Source: a virus. From it: 64,000 nucleotides of DNA. Of this stretch, positions 10,636 through 20,959 are shown piece by piece. Below the pieces are notes generated by a model. The model was not told the DNA's origin, ran no database searches, and was given only the letters and a program-made list of their open reading frames with translations. Every line of letters starts with the position of its first letter. Position 1 is the stretch's first letter. The DNA lies in the IMG/VR virus record IMGVR_UViG_3300045911_000143, positions 1 to 64,000 of that record; one strand, 5' to 3'. A program made the translations under genes and the position numbers.

Positions 10636-11007
10636 ATGTTAAAAAGTAAGTTTTCTATTTTTACGGATTCGGTTTTAAATTTTCTCGTTTACACGTTAAT
10701 AAAAACCATAATTTTATGGGGTTGCTATGCTCTTTTGGTCCCCTCCCCATTTACATTTTTACCAACAGTTTCTTTCTTCGAAATGATTATTGTCGTATTA
10801 TTTTTTGAATCCTTTTTTACCACATCTACACAAGCAAAAATGTTGTATTATATAGAAAATATTAATTTTGTCGCCAATATGCTTTATTATAAAGAAAAGG
10901 CCATACAAAATATGGTTAATGCTTTGATGAAAAACAAAGAAAATGTGTCTATAACTGAAATTAAGTCAAAGAACGAGAAAGACGATATTGACAAACCGGA
11001 AGATTGA
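10636..11007 (+). CDS. Membrane protein (2 TM)
   Basis: Two hydrophobic segments. Confidence 0.7.
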   Translation: MLKSKFSIFTDSVLNFLVYTLIKTIILWGCYALLVPSPFTFLPTVSFFEMIIVVLFFESFFTTSTQAKMLYYIENINFVANMLYYKEKAIQNMVNALMKNKENVSITEIKSKNEKDDIDKPED

Positions 11008-11025
11008 TATATACTAAGGCACATA

Positions 11026-11134
11026 GACGCTCCTTCTACTACTTTCGTGGTGGTTAGTAGTAGGAAGAACAGATATAAAACGTTGTTAGGTGTTAGATGG
11101 TGTTGTGGGGCAACGTTTTAGGACTGCTAACGTC
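11026..11134 (+). ncRNA. Putative structured RNA upstream of tRNA-Arg
   Basis: Follows TTGACA(10988)-N16-TATACT. GACG/CGTC closing stem, hairpins CTACTA/TAGTAG and TAAAACGTTG/CAACGTTTTA. Confidence 0.45.
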
Positions 11135-11149
11135 ATTTTATTTTTAATC

Positions 11150-11227
11150 GCCCTTGTAGCTCATTTGGAACAGAGCGGTTGGCTACGGACCAGCAGGTGG
11201 TGGGTTCGAATCCTACCAAGGGCACCA
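11150..11227 (+). tRNA. tRNA-Arg(ACG)
   Basis: GCCCTTG/CAAGGGC acceptor, loop CT-ACG-GA, GGTTCGAATCC, encoded CCA. Confidence 0.93.
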
Positions 11228-11235
11228 TTTCATAG

Positions 11236-11628
11236 GTGAGAAAAATGTACTCATGGGCTAGAAAACACATAAATGGCTATGAAGTATCATCTAGAGGTGA
11301 TATAAACTATTCAGCATTTAATGCTACCATGCAAGACGGTAGAACAATAGAAATTCATTATCAATGTGATGTGAAAGGTTACGATCCCGGTGGGACTAAC
11401 TGGAGATTAGGCAAGGGTAAACCGCCATTAAATAATCTTTCTAAGCAGGCCTTATGGGCGGCATACCTAGGTTTATGGTCAATATGGTTCAGTGACAATC
11501 CAAATAGATTATTGATCTTAAAAGATAAATTGGAAAAAGCAAATACATTTGTCTTGACTGATATGTTTGCAACAACAGAGATAAATCAAGCTAATGCTAT
11601 TAGCACAATATTAAATTTAACCTTATGA
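11236..11628 (+). CDS. Conserved phage hypothetical protein
   Basis: YEVSSRGD..SAFNA...IE.HYQ..VKGY motif typical of large myovirus ORFs. Confidence 0.7.
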   Translation: MRKMYSWARKHINGYEVSSRGDINYSAFNATMQDGRTIEIHYQCDVKGYDPGGTNWRLGKGKPPLNNLSKQALWAAYLGLWSIWFSDNPNRLLILKDKLEKANTFVLTDMFATTEINQANAISTILNLTL

Positions 11629-11957
11629 AAAAAGTATGGCTTTTACCTAAAAAACTAGATAGAAAATATTCTTTCTTTGAAAAATTTCGTCACTATTTTT
11701 TGAATATTAAAAACGTTTATGACGAAGATTTACAAGACTACATACCAACTGAATTTACTCTTTATAAAAGATTTAATAAGGAAGGATATACTTATCAAAA
11801 TCCATATCAATCCATTGGGTACTTTGGTGGTAGGACGATCCACTTTGATCTAGAATCTAGATACTCTGGCGGCGGCATTTCAACAAAAGTTTCTAACACA
11901 GCAGTAAAGTTATTATATGATTATTGCATACATAAAATTAAAATTAAAAACATATGA
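11625..11957 (+). CDS. Hypothetical protein
   Basis: ATGA-coupled ORF. Confidence 0.65.
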   Translation: MKKVWLLPKKLDRKYSFFEKFRHYFLNIKNVYDEDLQDYIPTEFTLYKRFNKEGYTYQNPYQSIGYFGGRTIHFDLESRYSGGGISTKVSNTAVKLLYDYCIHKIKIKNI

Positions 11958-12247
11958 TATTAAATAAAGATGAAAATGGTTGTTTATTGGGGTATAGAGA
12001 AACTGATACTTGGATCATGTTGGTTAACGAATGTGAAGATTTGATCGGACACATATTCGTTGATGAAACAACAGGTGAAGAATATCGATTTTTTGGATTA
12101 GTACATTCTGATGATGATTTTTACTACGGGATGCATGGAAAATCCGGGTTAAGGCTGTTATCATGTGTTGGCAATCTTGAAGTTCACAAATATAGGAAGT
12201 TAACAAATGATAAACCAAATAAACGAAGATTTGATAGCAAATTATAA
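11954..12247 (+). CDS. Hypothetical protein
   Basis: ATGA-coupled ORF. Confidence 0.65.
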   Translation: MILNKDENGCLLGYRETDTWIMLVNECEDLIGHIFVDETTGEEYRFFGLVHSDDDFYYGMHGKSGLRLLSCVGNLEVHKYRKLTNDKPNKRRFDSKL

Positions 12248-12785
12248 TGTATTAGATGGATATAAGTTTCTTTCACTAGAAGAAGTTAAAGAGATACAGC
12301 AAAAAGATAGTTTACCGTTTGCCGTTTGTGGATTTAACATTGCTGGTTCTCTTAATATTGGTATGATGATTAGAACTGCACTTCTGATGGGTGCTGAAAA
12401 ATTTATTGTCTTTGGTCGCAGAGCATATGATAGAAGAAGCTGCGTTGGTGCCCAAAATTATTTACCAATAGAAAGAATCGAAGGTTATGATGAGGATGGT
12501 AATTTCTCTAAGACTAAGTTTGACCAAGCGATGGATACTCTTGGATATATGCCAGTTTTCATCGAAACTGGCGGCATCGATATTAGAAATTTAGATTATA
12601 TAAAGACATTTAATAAAAAGCCCTGTTTAGTTTTTGGTACAGAATCTGAAGGAATTCCAGAGAACATAATTGGTGATGGTATTAAAATGTCTATACCCCA
12701 GTTAGGAGTTCTTCGCTCTCTGAACGTCGCTAGTGCAGCCTCTATTGCTATGTGGGAATTTAGTAAATTCTATCGTAACATATAA
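12207..12785 (+). CDS. SpoU/TrmH-family RNA 2'-O-methyltransferase
   Basis: NIGMMIRTA, LVFGTESEGI and SIPQLGVLRSLNVASAASIAMWE SPOUT motifs. Confidence 0.92.
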   Translation: MINQINEDLIANYNVLDGYKFLSLEEVKEIQQKDSLPFAVCGFNIAGSLNIGMMIRTALLMGAEKFIVFGRRAYDRRSCVGAQNYLPIERIEGYDEDGNFSKTKFDQAMDTLGYMPVFIETGGIDIRNLDYIKTFNKKPCLVFGTESEGIPENIIGDGIKMSIPQLGVLRSLNVASAASIAMWEFSKFYRNI

Positions 12786-12849
12786 AGTACTATTTGCTGA
12801 TTTTCTTAAATTGAAAAAAATGATTGAACTTTAATTACTTAATATAGTT

Positions 12850-13545
12850 ATGGACCATATTACTTTTTTGAATTCAAAAAATAGATGTCACAGGGATGGT
12901 GATGAGCCTGCCGTGATTTTGGCAAGTGGTACTCAGTATTGGTACAAGGATGGCAAACTTCACAGAGATGGCGATGGGCCTGCTGTGGTTTGGGCAGATG
13001 GTAAAAGGGAATGGTGGAAGGATGATAAACTTCACAGAGATGGCGATGGGCCTGCTGTGGTTTGGGCAGATGGTAAAAGGGAATGGTGGAAGGATGGCAA
13101 AATTCACAGAGATGGAGACAAGCCTGCTATGATTTATGCAGATGGTACTCAATATTGGTATAAGGATGACAAAATTCATAGGGGCGGAGATAAACCTGCT
13201 ATCATTTCGGCAGATAGTTCTAGGGTATGGGTTAAAGATGGCAAACGTCACAGGGATGGGGACAAGCCTGCTGCGATTTATGCAAATGGTAGTCAGTATT
13301 GGTACAAGGATGGCAAACGTCACAGAGATGGAGATAAGCCTGCTGTGATTTATGCAGATAATAGTAAGTATTGGTACAAGGATGGCCAAATTCATAGAGA
13401 TGGAGACAAGCCTTCTATCATTCGTGCAGATGGTACTCAGGAATGGTGGAAGGATGACAAACGTCACAGAGATGGAGACAAGCCTGCTGTGATTCATCCA
13501 GATGGTAGAAAGGAATTTTGGGTTAATGGAAGACGAATCAAATGA
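12850..13545 (+). CDS. HRDGDKPA 24-aa repeat protein (MORN-like repeat family of large phages and giant viruses)
   Basis: About 9 repeats of HRDGDxPAxIxADGxxxWxKDGK. Confidence 0.9.
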   Translation: MDHITFLNSKNRCHRDGDEPAVILASGTQYWYKDGKLHRDGDGPAVVWADGKREWWKDDKLHRDGDGPAVVWADGKREWWKDGKIHRDGDKPAMIYADGTQYWYKDDKIHRGGDKPAIISADSSRVWVKDGKRHRDGDKPAAIYANGSQYWYKDGKRHRDGDKPAVIYADNSKYWYKDGQIHRDGDKPSIIRADGTQEWWKDDKRHRDGDKPAVIHPDGRKEFWVNGRRIK

Positions 13546-13735
13546 ACTTATACAAATTACATACAAATCCTGAAAAACTAAAATATTATGACAAGTTATC
13601 GTCTAAGTTAGATAGTACTGGTTCTTTCTTTTTTAGAAATGCTAAAGGTAAACTCCACAGAAATGGAGACAAACCTACAATTATTTGAGTAGATGGTTAA
13701 AAAGAATTTTGGATTGATGGAATGCTTATAAGAAT
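13542..13735 (+). pseudogene. Degenerate HRD-repeat gene
   Basis: MNLYKLH...GKLHRNGDKPTII*VDG*KEFWIDG: two in-frame stops within a repeat unit. Confidence 0.6.
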
Positions 13736-13762
13736 AAAATATAATACAAATAGAGATATATT

Positions 13763-13999
13763 ATGAACAAAATTGAAATCTTTGTAAAGAAAAAACCGAA
13801 AATAAAATGTTGGTTATATAAATCTGATTTCAAATTTGATGAAATGCATAATAAAATATTTTTATTTTACGTTCAAGATTTAGAAGAACAAAATTCGGGG
13901 GTCAAATTCACACACTTAGGTAACATTAGTGAACAAATAATTAAAATTATTAAGATTTCTGTAAACAATAAAATAATTGAAAGTATATTAAAATTATGA
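13763..13999 (+). CDS. Hypothetical protein
   Basis: ORF with SD-like GAGA. Confidence 0.5.
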   Translation: MNKIEIFVKKKPKIKCWLYKSDFKFDEMHNKIFLFYVQDLEEQNSGVKFTHLGNISEQIIKIIKISVNNKIIESILKL

Positions 14000-14186
14000 T
14001 GATATGTTTATATAACTGTAAAACATAAATTTACTTCATAGAACTAGTAAGTTTATGGTTGAAGGCTATATTATAACATATTGTTTGTATTATAAATTTT
14101 GAAAAATAATTTTTCTTATAATCTTATTATAAGAAATGTGGCAATATGGATAATGAGTTTTTAAAAGTTTTAGTAAATTTTAACAT

Positions 14187-14774
14187 ATGAATGGCGAAAA
14201 AATTAAAACTATTTTTATTAATCAGGAAGGGAGAACAAGGTTCATTACTTTGACTAATTCCTTCTATATTCATAGCTATAATAGTTATGTTTGCTTTAGC
14301 GATTTAATTATAGATATGAAACATATAGAGATTGAAAAATACTCAGAAACATGGTATTTTGAAAATGCAGTTAAATATATGAAATTTATTTATGACTCTA
14401 TAGGTGCCGTTTAGAAATATGCGAAAATATTATTTTTCCTTTTATTATGACCCAGATTATGACATTCAGGATAGAATTTATGCATATCTGGGATTTGTTT
14501 CACCGCCATTATCGAAACGTACAATGAAGGATACCATTAATTTTGTCATTAGTAATCAGATTTTTAAAACAGTGGAGAAGATATGAAACAAGTTGCAGAT
14601 ATAAAATTTATAAAATTCTCTAAAGGAAAATACAAATCCTATAGATTGAGATTTATGAACAAGTATGGTGTATCGAGAGGATTCACTCAATCTTTAATGA
14701 AATCTACTAGAATCAATAAACCATTACTAATTAAAAAGCTCTTAGAATATAGTTTAAAAATATCTAGCATATAA
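14187..14774 (+). CDS. Three small overlapping hypothetical ORFs (14187-14414, 14404-14586, 14583-14774)
   Basis: Tightly coupled + strand ORFs. Confidence 0.5.
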
Positions 14775-14777
14775 ATA
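14770..14777 (+). promoter_or_regulatory. T4-type late promoter TATAAATA
   Basis: Exact motif 5 nt before the ATG at 14783. Confidence 0.6.
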
Positions 14778-14782
14778 TATGC

Positions 14783-15454
14783 ATGAAGATACAAACTATA
14801 CTAGAAGACTTAATTAGTACAAAAGTGAAAGACATTGATCTTTCTAATAAAAATGTTAATTTGCCATTAAAATCTAAAGATTCTACACGCAGGGTTACGG
14901 GTTCTTCTGGATATTACTCACATGGAATAGAAGATAAAGATCAACATTTATACAAAAAAATTGCAAGAAGTCATAGTAGGCAAGCAGATGACCCTTATTG
15001 GGGATATGTTGAACTCTGTATTAAATATCAGGATTCTAATCCATTTTTCCCTAGGATATATGAATTTAAAAAATACAGAGATAAAAATGGCAACGTGATT
15101 CCAAAGGTAAAACTAGAAAGATTAAACTCATTTCCTCCATTTGAAGGGAATGAAAAACTGTTTGTTGCCGCGATTAATAATGTTAAAGGTACTTATGAAT
15201 ATACAGAAGAAGATGTTTGGGGTAGTCCACATTTATCATCCATTGTACAAAATATTATAGAAGGACGTGAGTATTCTGAAAATGAACATATTATAGAATT
15301 TTCTAAGATATTAAAAAAATTCATGACAGAACAAACATCTTATCCCAAAGTTCAATTAGATTTACATCTCGCTAATATCATGTATAGAACTTCCAATCAT
15401 GGAATACAGGTTGTAATTACAGACCCATTTGCTGGAGTAATTAATAAAACTTAA
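14783..15454 (+). CDS. Protein-kinase-like (APH/ePK fold) protein, probable internal head protein
   Basis: G-rich loop GSSGYYS, FFPRIY, LERL, DLHLANIM, VITDP; leader MKIQTILE. Confidence 0.75.
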   Translation: MKIQTILEDLISTKVKDIDLSNKNVNLPLKSKDSTRRVTGSSGYYSHGIEDKDQHLYKKIARSHSRQADDPYWGYVELCIKYQDSNPFFPRIYEFKKYRDKNGNVIPKVKLERLNSFPPFEGNEKLFVAAINNVKGTYEYTEEDVWGSPHLSSIVQNIIEGREYSENEHIIEFSKILKKFMTEQTSYPKVQLDLHLANIMYRTSNHGIQVVITDPFAGVINKT

Positions 15455-15455
15455 T

Positions 15456-16106
15456 ATGAGAATACAAAAAATTTTAGAAAATCTCATTAGTGTAAACTAT
15501 GGAAAAAGAGAAGTTAAAGACTTTCCAAAAGGATATGAATCTAAAAAAAGTTTTTCCGGTGGATCGTTTTCCTCAGTCAGAAACGATAAAGACCCACATT
15601 TAGTAATAAAATACCCCTATGGGGAAGGCACAGACGGGTTTTGGAAATTCATCGAACATGTAGTTATACCCAATCAAGATTCTAATATATTCTTACCAAA
15701 AGTATACAATTATAATATTTTACAAAAAAGAATTAGTGAAGAAGGTTACAGCTTTAAGCCTTATTTAAAAATGGAGAAATTACACACTGTTCATGATGTT
15801 GACCATGAGAATGGTATACATAAAAAGATCAGCAATGAATCTTTGATAGAATTATATAAAAGATTATTTATCACCACTGAAAAGGACATTAAAGAAATGT
15901 CTTGGATGACAGCTAGTGAAATCCACGAAAAAATAGCAGAAAGTTTAAGACATAAAGTAAAAGATGAAGATTTAAAAGCAACCCTGAACATGATATATAA
16001 TTTTTGTGAAAAATATAAGTATAACGTAGACTTACATCCCGGCAATATCATGTATAGGTTAACCCCCCAAGGACCTCAATTAGTCTTGGTTGACCCTGTA
16101 TATTAA
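15456..16106 (+). CDS. Protein-kinase-like protein, paralog of 14783..15454
   Basis: SGGSFSSV, VIK, FLPKVY, MEKL, DLHPGNIM, LVDP; leader MRIQKILE. Confidence 0.78.
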   Translation: MRIQKILENLISVNYGKREVKDFPKGYESKKSFSGGSFSSVRNDKDPHLVIKYPYGEGTDGFWKFIEHVVIPNQDSNIFLPKVYNYNILQKRISEEGYSFKPYLKMEKLHTVHDVDHENGIHKKISNESLIELYKRLFITTEKDIKEMSWMTASEIHEKIAESLRHKVKDEDLKATLNMIYNFCEKYKYNVDLHPGNIMYRLTPQGPQLVLVDPVY

Positions 16107-16123
16107 CTTTTTTATAATTTTTA

Positions 16124-16622
16124 ATGGTTATACAATTTGAAATTCCAAAGTCTTTTTATTTTGGTATAATAATACCAAGATACTGTTTTGATATTATACT
16201 GAACTTAGAACAAAAGTCTGATCTCTTATTGTTTACCTGTTGCAAATGGTTATATGAAAATTTAGCACGGATCAATGGTAAAAAATATAAGATATCTGAA
16301 AGTATATTCTTTCCACAACAAGAATATGTGGATCAAATTATGCTAAAATATACTCAAAAATTTTATTATGATTTCATAGTGCATCAGGTGTTAAATGTCT
16401 AAACCATTGATAAAGTCTATTTCTTTACAAAAGTTTGAAGAAAAATATATTATTAAGTATAAGTATGAATGTACAGATTATACTAAAATTATAGGTGGGT
16501 TGACATTCGACAATGTTATCTCAAAAGGAATATCCAAAGAAGCTCTCGTATTAAAAATTAACATAGAGGCAGATGCCCCGATCATCTTAAATCTTGCTAA
16601 CACTATATTAAGTTTACTATAA
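16124..16622 (+). CDS. Two small hypothetical ORFs (16124-16402, 16395-16622)
   Basis: Overlapping + strand ORFs. Confidence 0.5.
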
Positions 16623-16642
16623 ATATTTAAAAGGATTAAATC

Positions 16643-17200
16643 ATGACAACGAAAAAATTACTAATTGAATTAACTCAAGCTTTACATAAAAAAGATACTG
16701 CACTTGCTGAACAGTTAATGTCTAAAATTTTGACTTCAAAAAGTGCTAAAATTGTAAATGAAATTTATAACAGAGAATCTGACTATCATACAAAAGTTGA
16801 AAATGATTATTTCTCAAAAGAAATTACAATTGATGGAAAACCATACAGTATTGATGTTATAGTCAGTATTGAAAAAGTCTATAGGTATGATAATGGTGGC
16901 ATGGATTCTCCGAGTGGATATGATTTGGCAGGATATGGTAAAGTTGTAGATATTAGAGAGGTAAAAATTGTTGATTTAAAGAATAACCTTAAAGCAACTT
17001 TAGTTGTAGATGGTACTACAGATGTTAGTGTTCGCGGAATCTTAAATGCTCTTATTGCAGATGTTAAAGAAATATTACCGGATCATTATCCTGAATTTTA
17101 TCAAGCAAATAAATCAAATCTACACAATGGTGCGTTCTTACAAAAGCTTGCACAAGAAATTTATAGTGTTGTTTCTGATTTGGAAGATTCCGAAGCTTAA
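16643..17200 (+). CDS. Late hypothetical protein, probable head protein
   Basis: TATAAATA at 16618-16625, AAGGA SD. Confidence 0.7.
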   Translation: MTTKKLLIELTQALHKKDTALAEQLMSKILTSKSAKIVNEIYNRESDYHTKVENDYFSKEITIDGKPYSIDVIVSIEKVYRYDNGGMDSPSGYDLAGYGKVVDIREVKIVDLKNNLKATLVVDGTTDVSVRGILNALIADVKEILPDHYPEFYQANKSNLHNGAFLQKLAQEIYSVVSDLEDSEA

Positions 17201-17202
17201 TA

Positions 17203-17994
17203 TTATTGGAGTATTTGCATAGGGTGTTTTACTTGATATGTACCAATTAAATCACCTATATCTCCCCAATAAACTCCACTGTTAAGATTAAGTATACCTA
17301 CAATTTTAGTAGCCCCAGAAAATCCTATCTGTTTATCTATTCTAACAGACTTAGAAGGATTTTCACCATAATTTAAGGTTCTTAGTCGTCTTGTCAATTT
17401 ATCTTGTTCTCGTTTTATATCTGCGGGCTGTTGTTCTATTGCGGAATCGACAATAACAGTAATGTATTCTTTCAAATCTTTTTCAAGATATGGTTTTAAC
17501 TTTTCATAATGTTTCTTATTACTTGATGTAACCATTTTCTCTTCGATTATTTTAAGACACATTTTTACTTGTTCTTTTACAAAATCATAGAAAACATCAT
17601 CTGAAATTTCATAATCATGCTCATTTAATAATTTCTTCAAATTTACGTCAATGGTATGGTGAATACTTGCTGAAACATAATCTTCATCTATGATTGTCTC
17701 TCTTTCTTGAGCCTTAATCACAACTATTATTTCAGGACTTTTGGTTTTAAAACTAATTTCTTTGGCCGCCGTGATTGCAGCTTGTTTGTCTTTAGACATA
17801 TAAACGCCATAAAGTGGAGTTTGTGGTATGTGAAAATAAGCTTCTATTTCATCACTTCCGTAGCCATCTTCACTTTTATTTGGAATAAGGCCATGTTTTA
17901 GTATAGAACGGAGATATGCTCCTCCTGTTCCATGATAAAAATATTTCTTTTCCTTAGAAAATTTTGCTTCTTTTAAAATATCAAAAATAAACAT
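17203..17994 (-). CDS. ADP-ribosyltransferase-fold protein, probable internal head protein
   Basis: FYHGT...ILKHGLIP...GVYMS ART/Tpt1-like motifs; leader MFIFDILKE/A; AATAAATA upstream. Confidence 0.6.
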   Translation of the reverse strand: MFIFDILKEAKFSKEKKYFYHGTGGAYLRSILKHGLIPNKSEDGYGSDEIEAYFHIPQTPLYGVYMSKDKQAAITAAKEISFKTKSPEIIVVIKAQERETIIDEDYVSASIHHTIDVNLKKLLNEHDYEISDDVFYDFVKEQVKMCLKIIEEKMVTSSNKKHYEKLKPYLEKDLKEYITVIVDSAIEQQPADIKREQDKLTRRLRTLNYGENPSKSVRIDKQIGFSGATKIVGILNLNSGVYWGDIGDLIGTYQVKHPMQILQ

Positions 17995-18047
17995 TTCTCA
18001 ATCAACTGTTTTTAGTATTTATTAAATAGTAATGGGAGATATAAAAT

Positions 18048-18581
18048 ATGATAGATATACCAGTTATTCGAAATCCTTTAACATATGAATCTAGATCATT
18101 TACATTATTATTGATGGATATAATTTTTAGCGAATGTGAAATATACTCAGATATTAGATATCCCGGTTCGTACTATATAGATGCTGTAGAAAAATTAAGA
18201 GAAGGTTTTTTTAAAGTCAATTCTTCCGATGAAGAATGGTCAAAATTTGAAAGATACGAAAATGCTTTATCAAACGAAAAAATTCAAATAACCAGAGAAA
18301 TGGATTATAATCTTTGTAAGAGATTCTATGAGCTATACAATCCATTCGGCAGCATCACGGATAGAGTCAAAAGTTTATTTACAAGTATAAAGATTCTACA
18401 TGATGAATTTCCATTTGTAAGAGAAATGATGATTTATGGTTTGATAAAATGTATTCAAAACTTTGACTACATAAGAACACAGAGAATTTATAGACACTAT
18501 AAAGATATATTTGGTAAATCATATAGTGAAATTACAGTTGATGATTATAGTAATTTAAAAAATATAAAAATAAATATTTAA
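18048..18581 (+). CDS. Hypothetical protein
   Basis: GGGAG SD, 177 aa. Confidence 0.7.
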   Translation: MIDIPVIRNPLTYESRSFTLLLMDIIFSECEIYSDIRYPGSYYIDAVEKLREGFFKVNSSDEEWSKFERYENALSNEKIQITREMDYNLCKRFYELYNPFGSITDRVKSLFTSIKILHDEFPFVREMMIYGLIKCIQNFDYIRTQRIYRHYKDIFGKSYSEITVDDYSNLKNIKINI

Positions 18582-18594
18582 AATATGGAAATAT

Positions 18595-19239
18595 ATGAAA
18601 GTTGACTTTGGTAATAGAAAATGGAACGGTAATGGTAGCATATGGTATAAAGACCAAGTGATGATGCAAAGCGAACTGATATATCCAGTTTTTGAAGAAT
18701 TTTTTAAGATTAATAAGTTTGATAAAATGATAGAGATAGGCACGGCATATGCAGGATTTTCTTTATTCTTGGAAGATTTAACAAAAAAAGATGGAACAAA
18801 AATAATAAGTTATGATATTATGCCTATAGAAAATATGCCGTTTCATGAAGCGTCACCAAACAAAAGAATTGAAAAATCAAAATATGTATTAGAGTCATCC
18901 ATTGACTTTAGGATAAAAAATACATACACTCAAGAAGTTCAGCAAGAAATCAAAGATATTATCCATTCATCTGGTCGATGTGCAGTATTCTGTGATGGCG
19001 GAAATAAGCCTAAAGAGTTAAATATTTTTGCTAATATTATAAAGTCAGGAGACTTTATTTTTGCACATGATTATGCACAATCGCCTGAATACTATTCAGA
19101 AAATATTTTAAATAAATATTGGCGTTGGTCTGATTGTTTTTATAGTGATATAAAAGACTCTGTTGAAAGCAATAATATAAAATTATATTATCCAGAATAT
19201 TTTGAAAAAGTTGCATGGTTTTGTGGAATTAAAGAATGA
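18595..19239 (+). CDS. Class I SAM-dependent methyltransferase (CmcI/Methyltransf_24-like)
   Basis: MIEIGTAYAG motif I, SYDI, VFCDGG, FAHDY. Confidence 0.8.
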   Translation: MKVDFGNRKWNGNGSIWYKDQVMMQSELIYPVFEEFFKINKFDKMIEIGTAYAGFSLFLEDLTKKDGTKIISYDIMPIENMPFHEASPNKRIEKSKYVLESSIDFRIKNTYTQEVQQEIKDIIHSSGRCAVFCDGGNKPKELNIFANIIKSGDFIFAHDYAQSPEYYSENILNKYWRWSDCFYSDIKDSVESNNIKLYYPEYFEKVAWFCGIKE

Positions 19240-20231
19240 AAACAATAAGAATAACAAGAGCAAATTTTCCAGAAAATGGAATGTTTTCATGGATGAATTA
19301 TTTTAAATGGATATTAGAAAAGAAATATAATGTAATAATTGATTCAAAAACCCCTGATATTGTTTTTTGGACTAACTTCCATAATGAGGGGAAGAATATA
19401 GATCATTATACAAAAGACTTAAATCACACTATAGATAAGTTCCCAAATGCAAAAAAAATCTTTATAACTGGTGAATATTTTAATCATAGTGCATACTCAA
19501 ATGTTTTAGCTTCAGGCGAAGATCATTATGCGCTTGGATTCTGTGATGCAATGGAACATGAGTCTAGATATTTGAGATTTCCAACTTATGTACTTGATAC
19601 TTGGGTGCTTTATGATGAGTCTAGAATATTTGATGAACCTTTCTCTTGGTTGACTAAACCAAAAGACCCCGAGAAAATGTTCAATAAATTTAAGCGTTTC
19701 TGCTCTATTGTTCAAGCCAGTGATAATCCAGTGCGTGGTAAGCTGTTTGATTTACTTATAAAATACAAACCTATTAAAAGTTCTGGCCCTTGGCGACCAA
19801 CTGTAGAACCAAACGAGTTGCCAGAAAAATATTTGTACTTACAACCGGAATACATTGGTCGTGTAGATGGATTAACATATAGAAGTAAAATTGAATTCTT
19901 CAAAGATTGTAAATTTAATATAGCGTTTCAATTCACTGATACTCCATGTTTAACACAAGAGAAGATTGTACATGCATTTGCAGCAGGAACTATTCCTATA
20001 TTTCATGGTAATAATAGAATATCTGAAGACTTTAATCCTGAAAGTTTTATCAATGCTCACAGTTTTAATTCTTTTGAAGAGTTGACGGAGTATGTTATAA
20101 AAGTAGATCAGGATGATAATTTATGTAAGAAAATATTGGCAGCCCCATATTGTCATAATAATACTTTACCTGAATACTATTCTTCTGAAAGATTGCTATC
20201 ATTTTTCGAAAAGGTGATAAATGCAATATAA
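19236..20231 (+). CDS. GT10 alpha-1,3/4-fucosyltransferase-like protein
   Basis: KIFITGE, YLRFP, K.EF...KFNIAF...TQEKIVHAFAAGTIPIFHG...DFNPESFIN match the H. pylori FucT-type GT10 motif. Confidence 0.85.
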   Translation: MKTIRITRANFPENGMFSWMNYFKWILEKKYNVIIDSKTPDIVFWTNFHNEGKNIDHYTKDLNHTIDKFPNAKKIFITGEYFNHSAYSNVLASGEDHYALGFCDAMEHESRYLRFPTYVLDTWVLYDESRIFDEPFSWLTKPKDPEKMFNKFKRFCSIVQASDNPVRGKLFDLLIKYKPIKSSGPWRPTVEPNELPEKYLYLQPEYIGRVDGLTYRSKIEFFKDCKFNIAFQFTDTPCLTQEKIVHAFAAGTIPIFHGNNRISEDFNPESFINAHSFNSFEELTEYVIKVDQDDNLCKKILAAPYCHNNTLPEYYSSERLLSFFEKVINAI

Positions 20232-20958
20232 TATATTATTCTGTACTTTAGCAGTTGGTAAAGAATATAATGGCTATGCACAAAGATTATATCACACATT
20301 ACAAAAAGTCCTCGGTTGTCCATTATTAATAGTAACTGATAACATAGAATATTTTAAAAATACACCTAAGAATAATTTAATTCTTCGAGAATTAACAAAA
20401 AATTATAAAACAGAAATAAATTGGGCTAATAATTATGCCCCCTTTAACTATAATTTAAAATTTCTTCCTATAAAATTCGCTAGAAAAGATTCAAAAGAAA
20501 ATAAAAAATTTGATTTCATTTTCTTTGTGGATTGTGATTGGTTTTTAAGACAATCTCATTCTAAGCATAAATTTAATTTAGAGTTGCAAGGGCTTGGCGA
20601 ATACGATGCTTTAGCTGGAAGAGATTTGAGATTATTTCATGAGAAGCAAAATAGACAACTAATCCCTATACAAAAGTTAGAACTTTACAACTTATATAAT
20701 ACAACTAAGTATGATCAAGCTCAAATCGTCAATGAACAATATCTTTTATTTCGAAATAGTGATAAATTAGATGTGTTTATTGAATCATGGGAAAAATTAG
20801 AAAAGATATGCTCCGATAATAATGGAATTGCATATGCTGAAGGTTTAGAGATAGGAATGTCTGCAATAGATGCTAATATTAAATTTAAGATATCTAATAT
20901 TGTAGGAGATTTATTTTGGTTTTATAGTAATAAACAATTAACATATTTCGGAGCATAA
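20221..20958 (+). CDS. GT-A fold glycosyltransferase (GT6-like)
   Basis: CTLAVGKEY, IVTD, FFVDCD (DxD). Confidence 0.6.
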   Translation: MQYNILFCTLAVGKEYNGYAQRLYHTLQKVLGCPLLIVTDNIEYFKNTPKNNLILRELTKNYKTEINWANNYAPFNYNLKFLPIKFARKDSKENKKFDFIFFVDCDWFLRQSHSKHKFNLELQGLGEYDALAGRDLRLFHEKQNRQLIPIQKLELYNLYNTTKYDQAQIVNEQYLLFRNSDKLDVFIESWEKLEKICSDNNGIAYAEGLEIGMSAIDANIKFKISNIVGDLFWFYSNKQLTYFGA

Positions 20959-20959
20959 A

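Noticed and set aside
13542-13735. Stop-codon reassignment (TGA/TAG recoding)
   Set aside because: Long conserved genes (nrdA, nrdB, guaC, the ligases) are uninterrupted, and TGA and TAG end real genes. In-frame stops are confined to decayed ORFs.
12850-13735. DGR template/variable repeat pair
   Set aside because: No reverse transcriptase in the window, and the differences are not adenine-specific.
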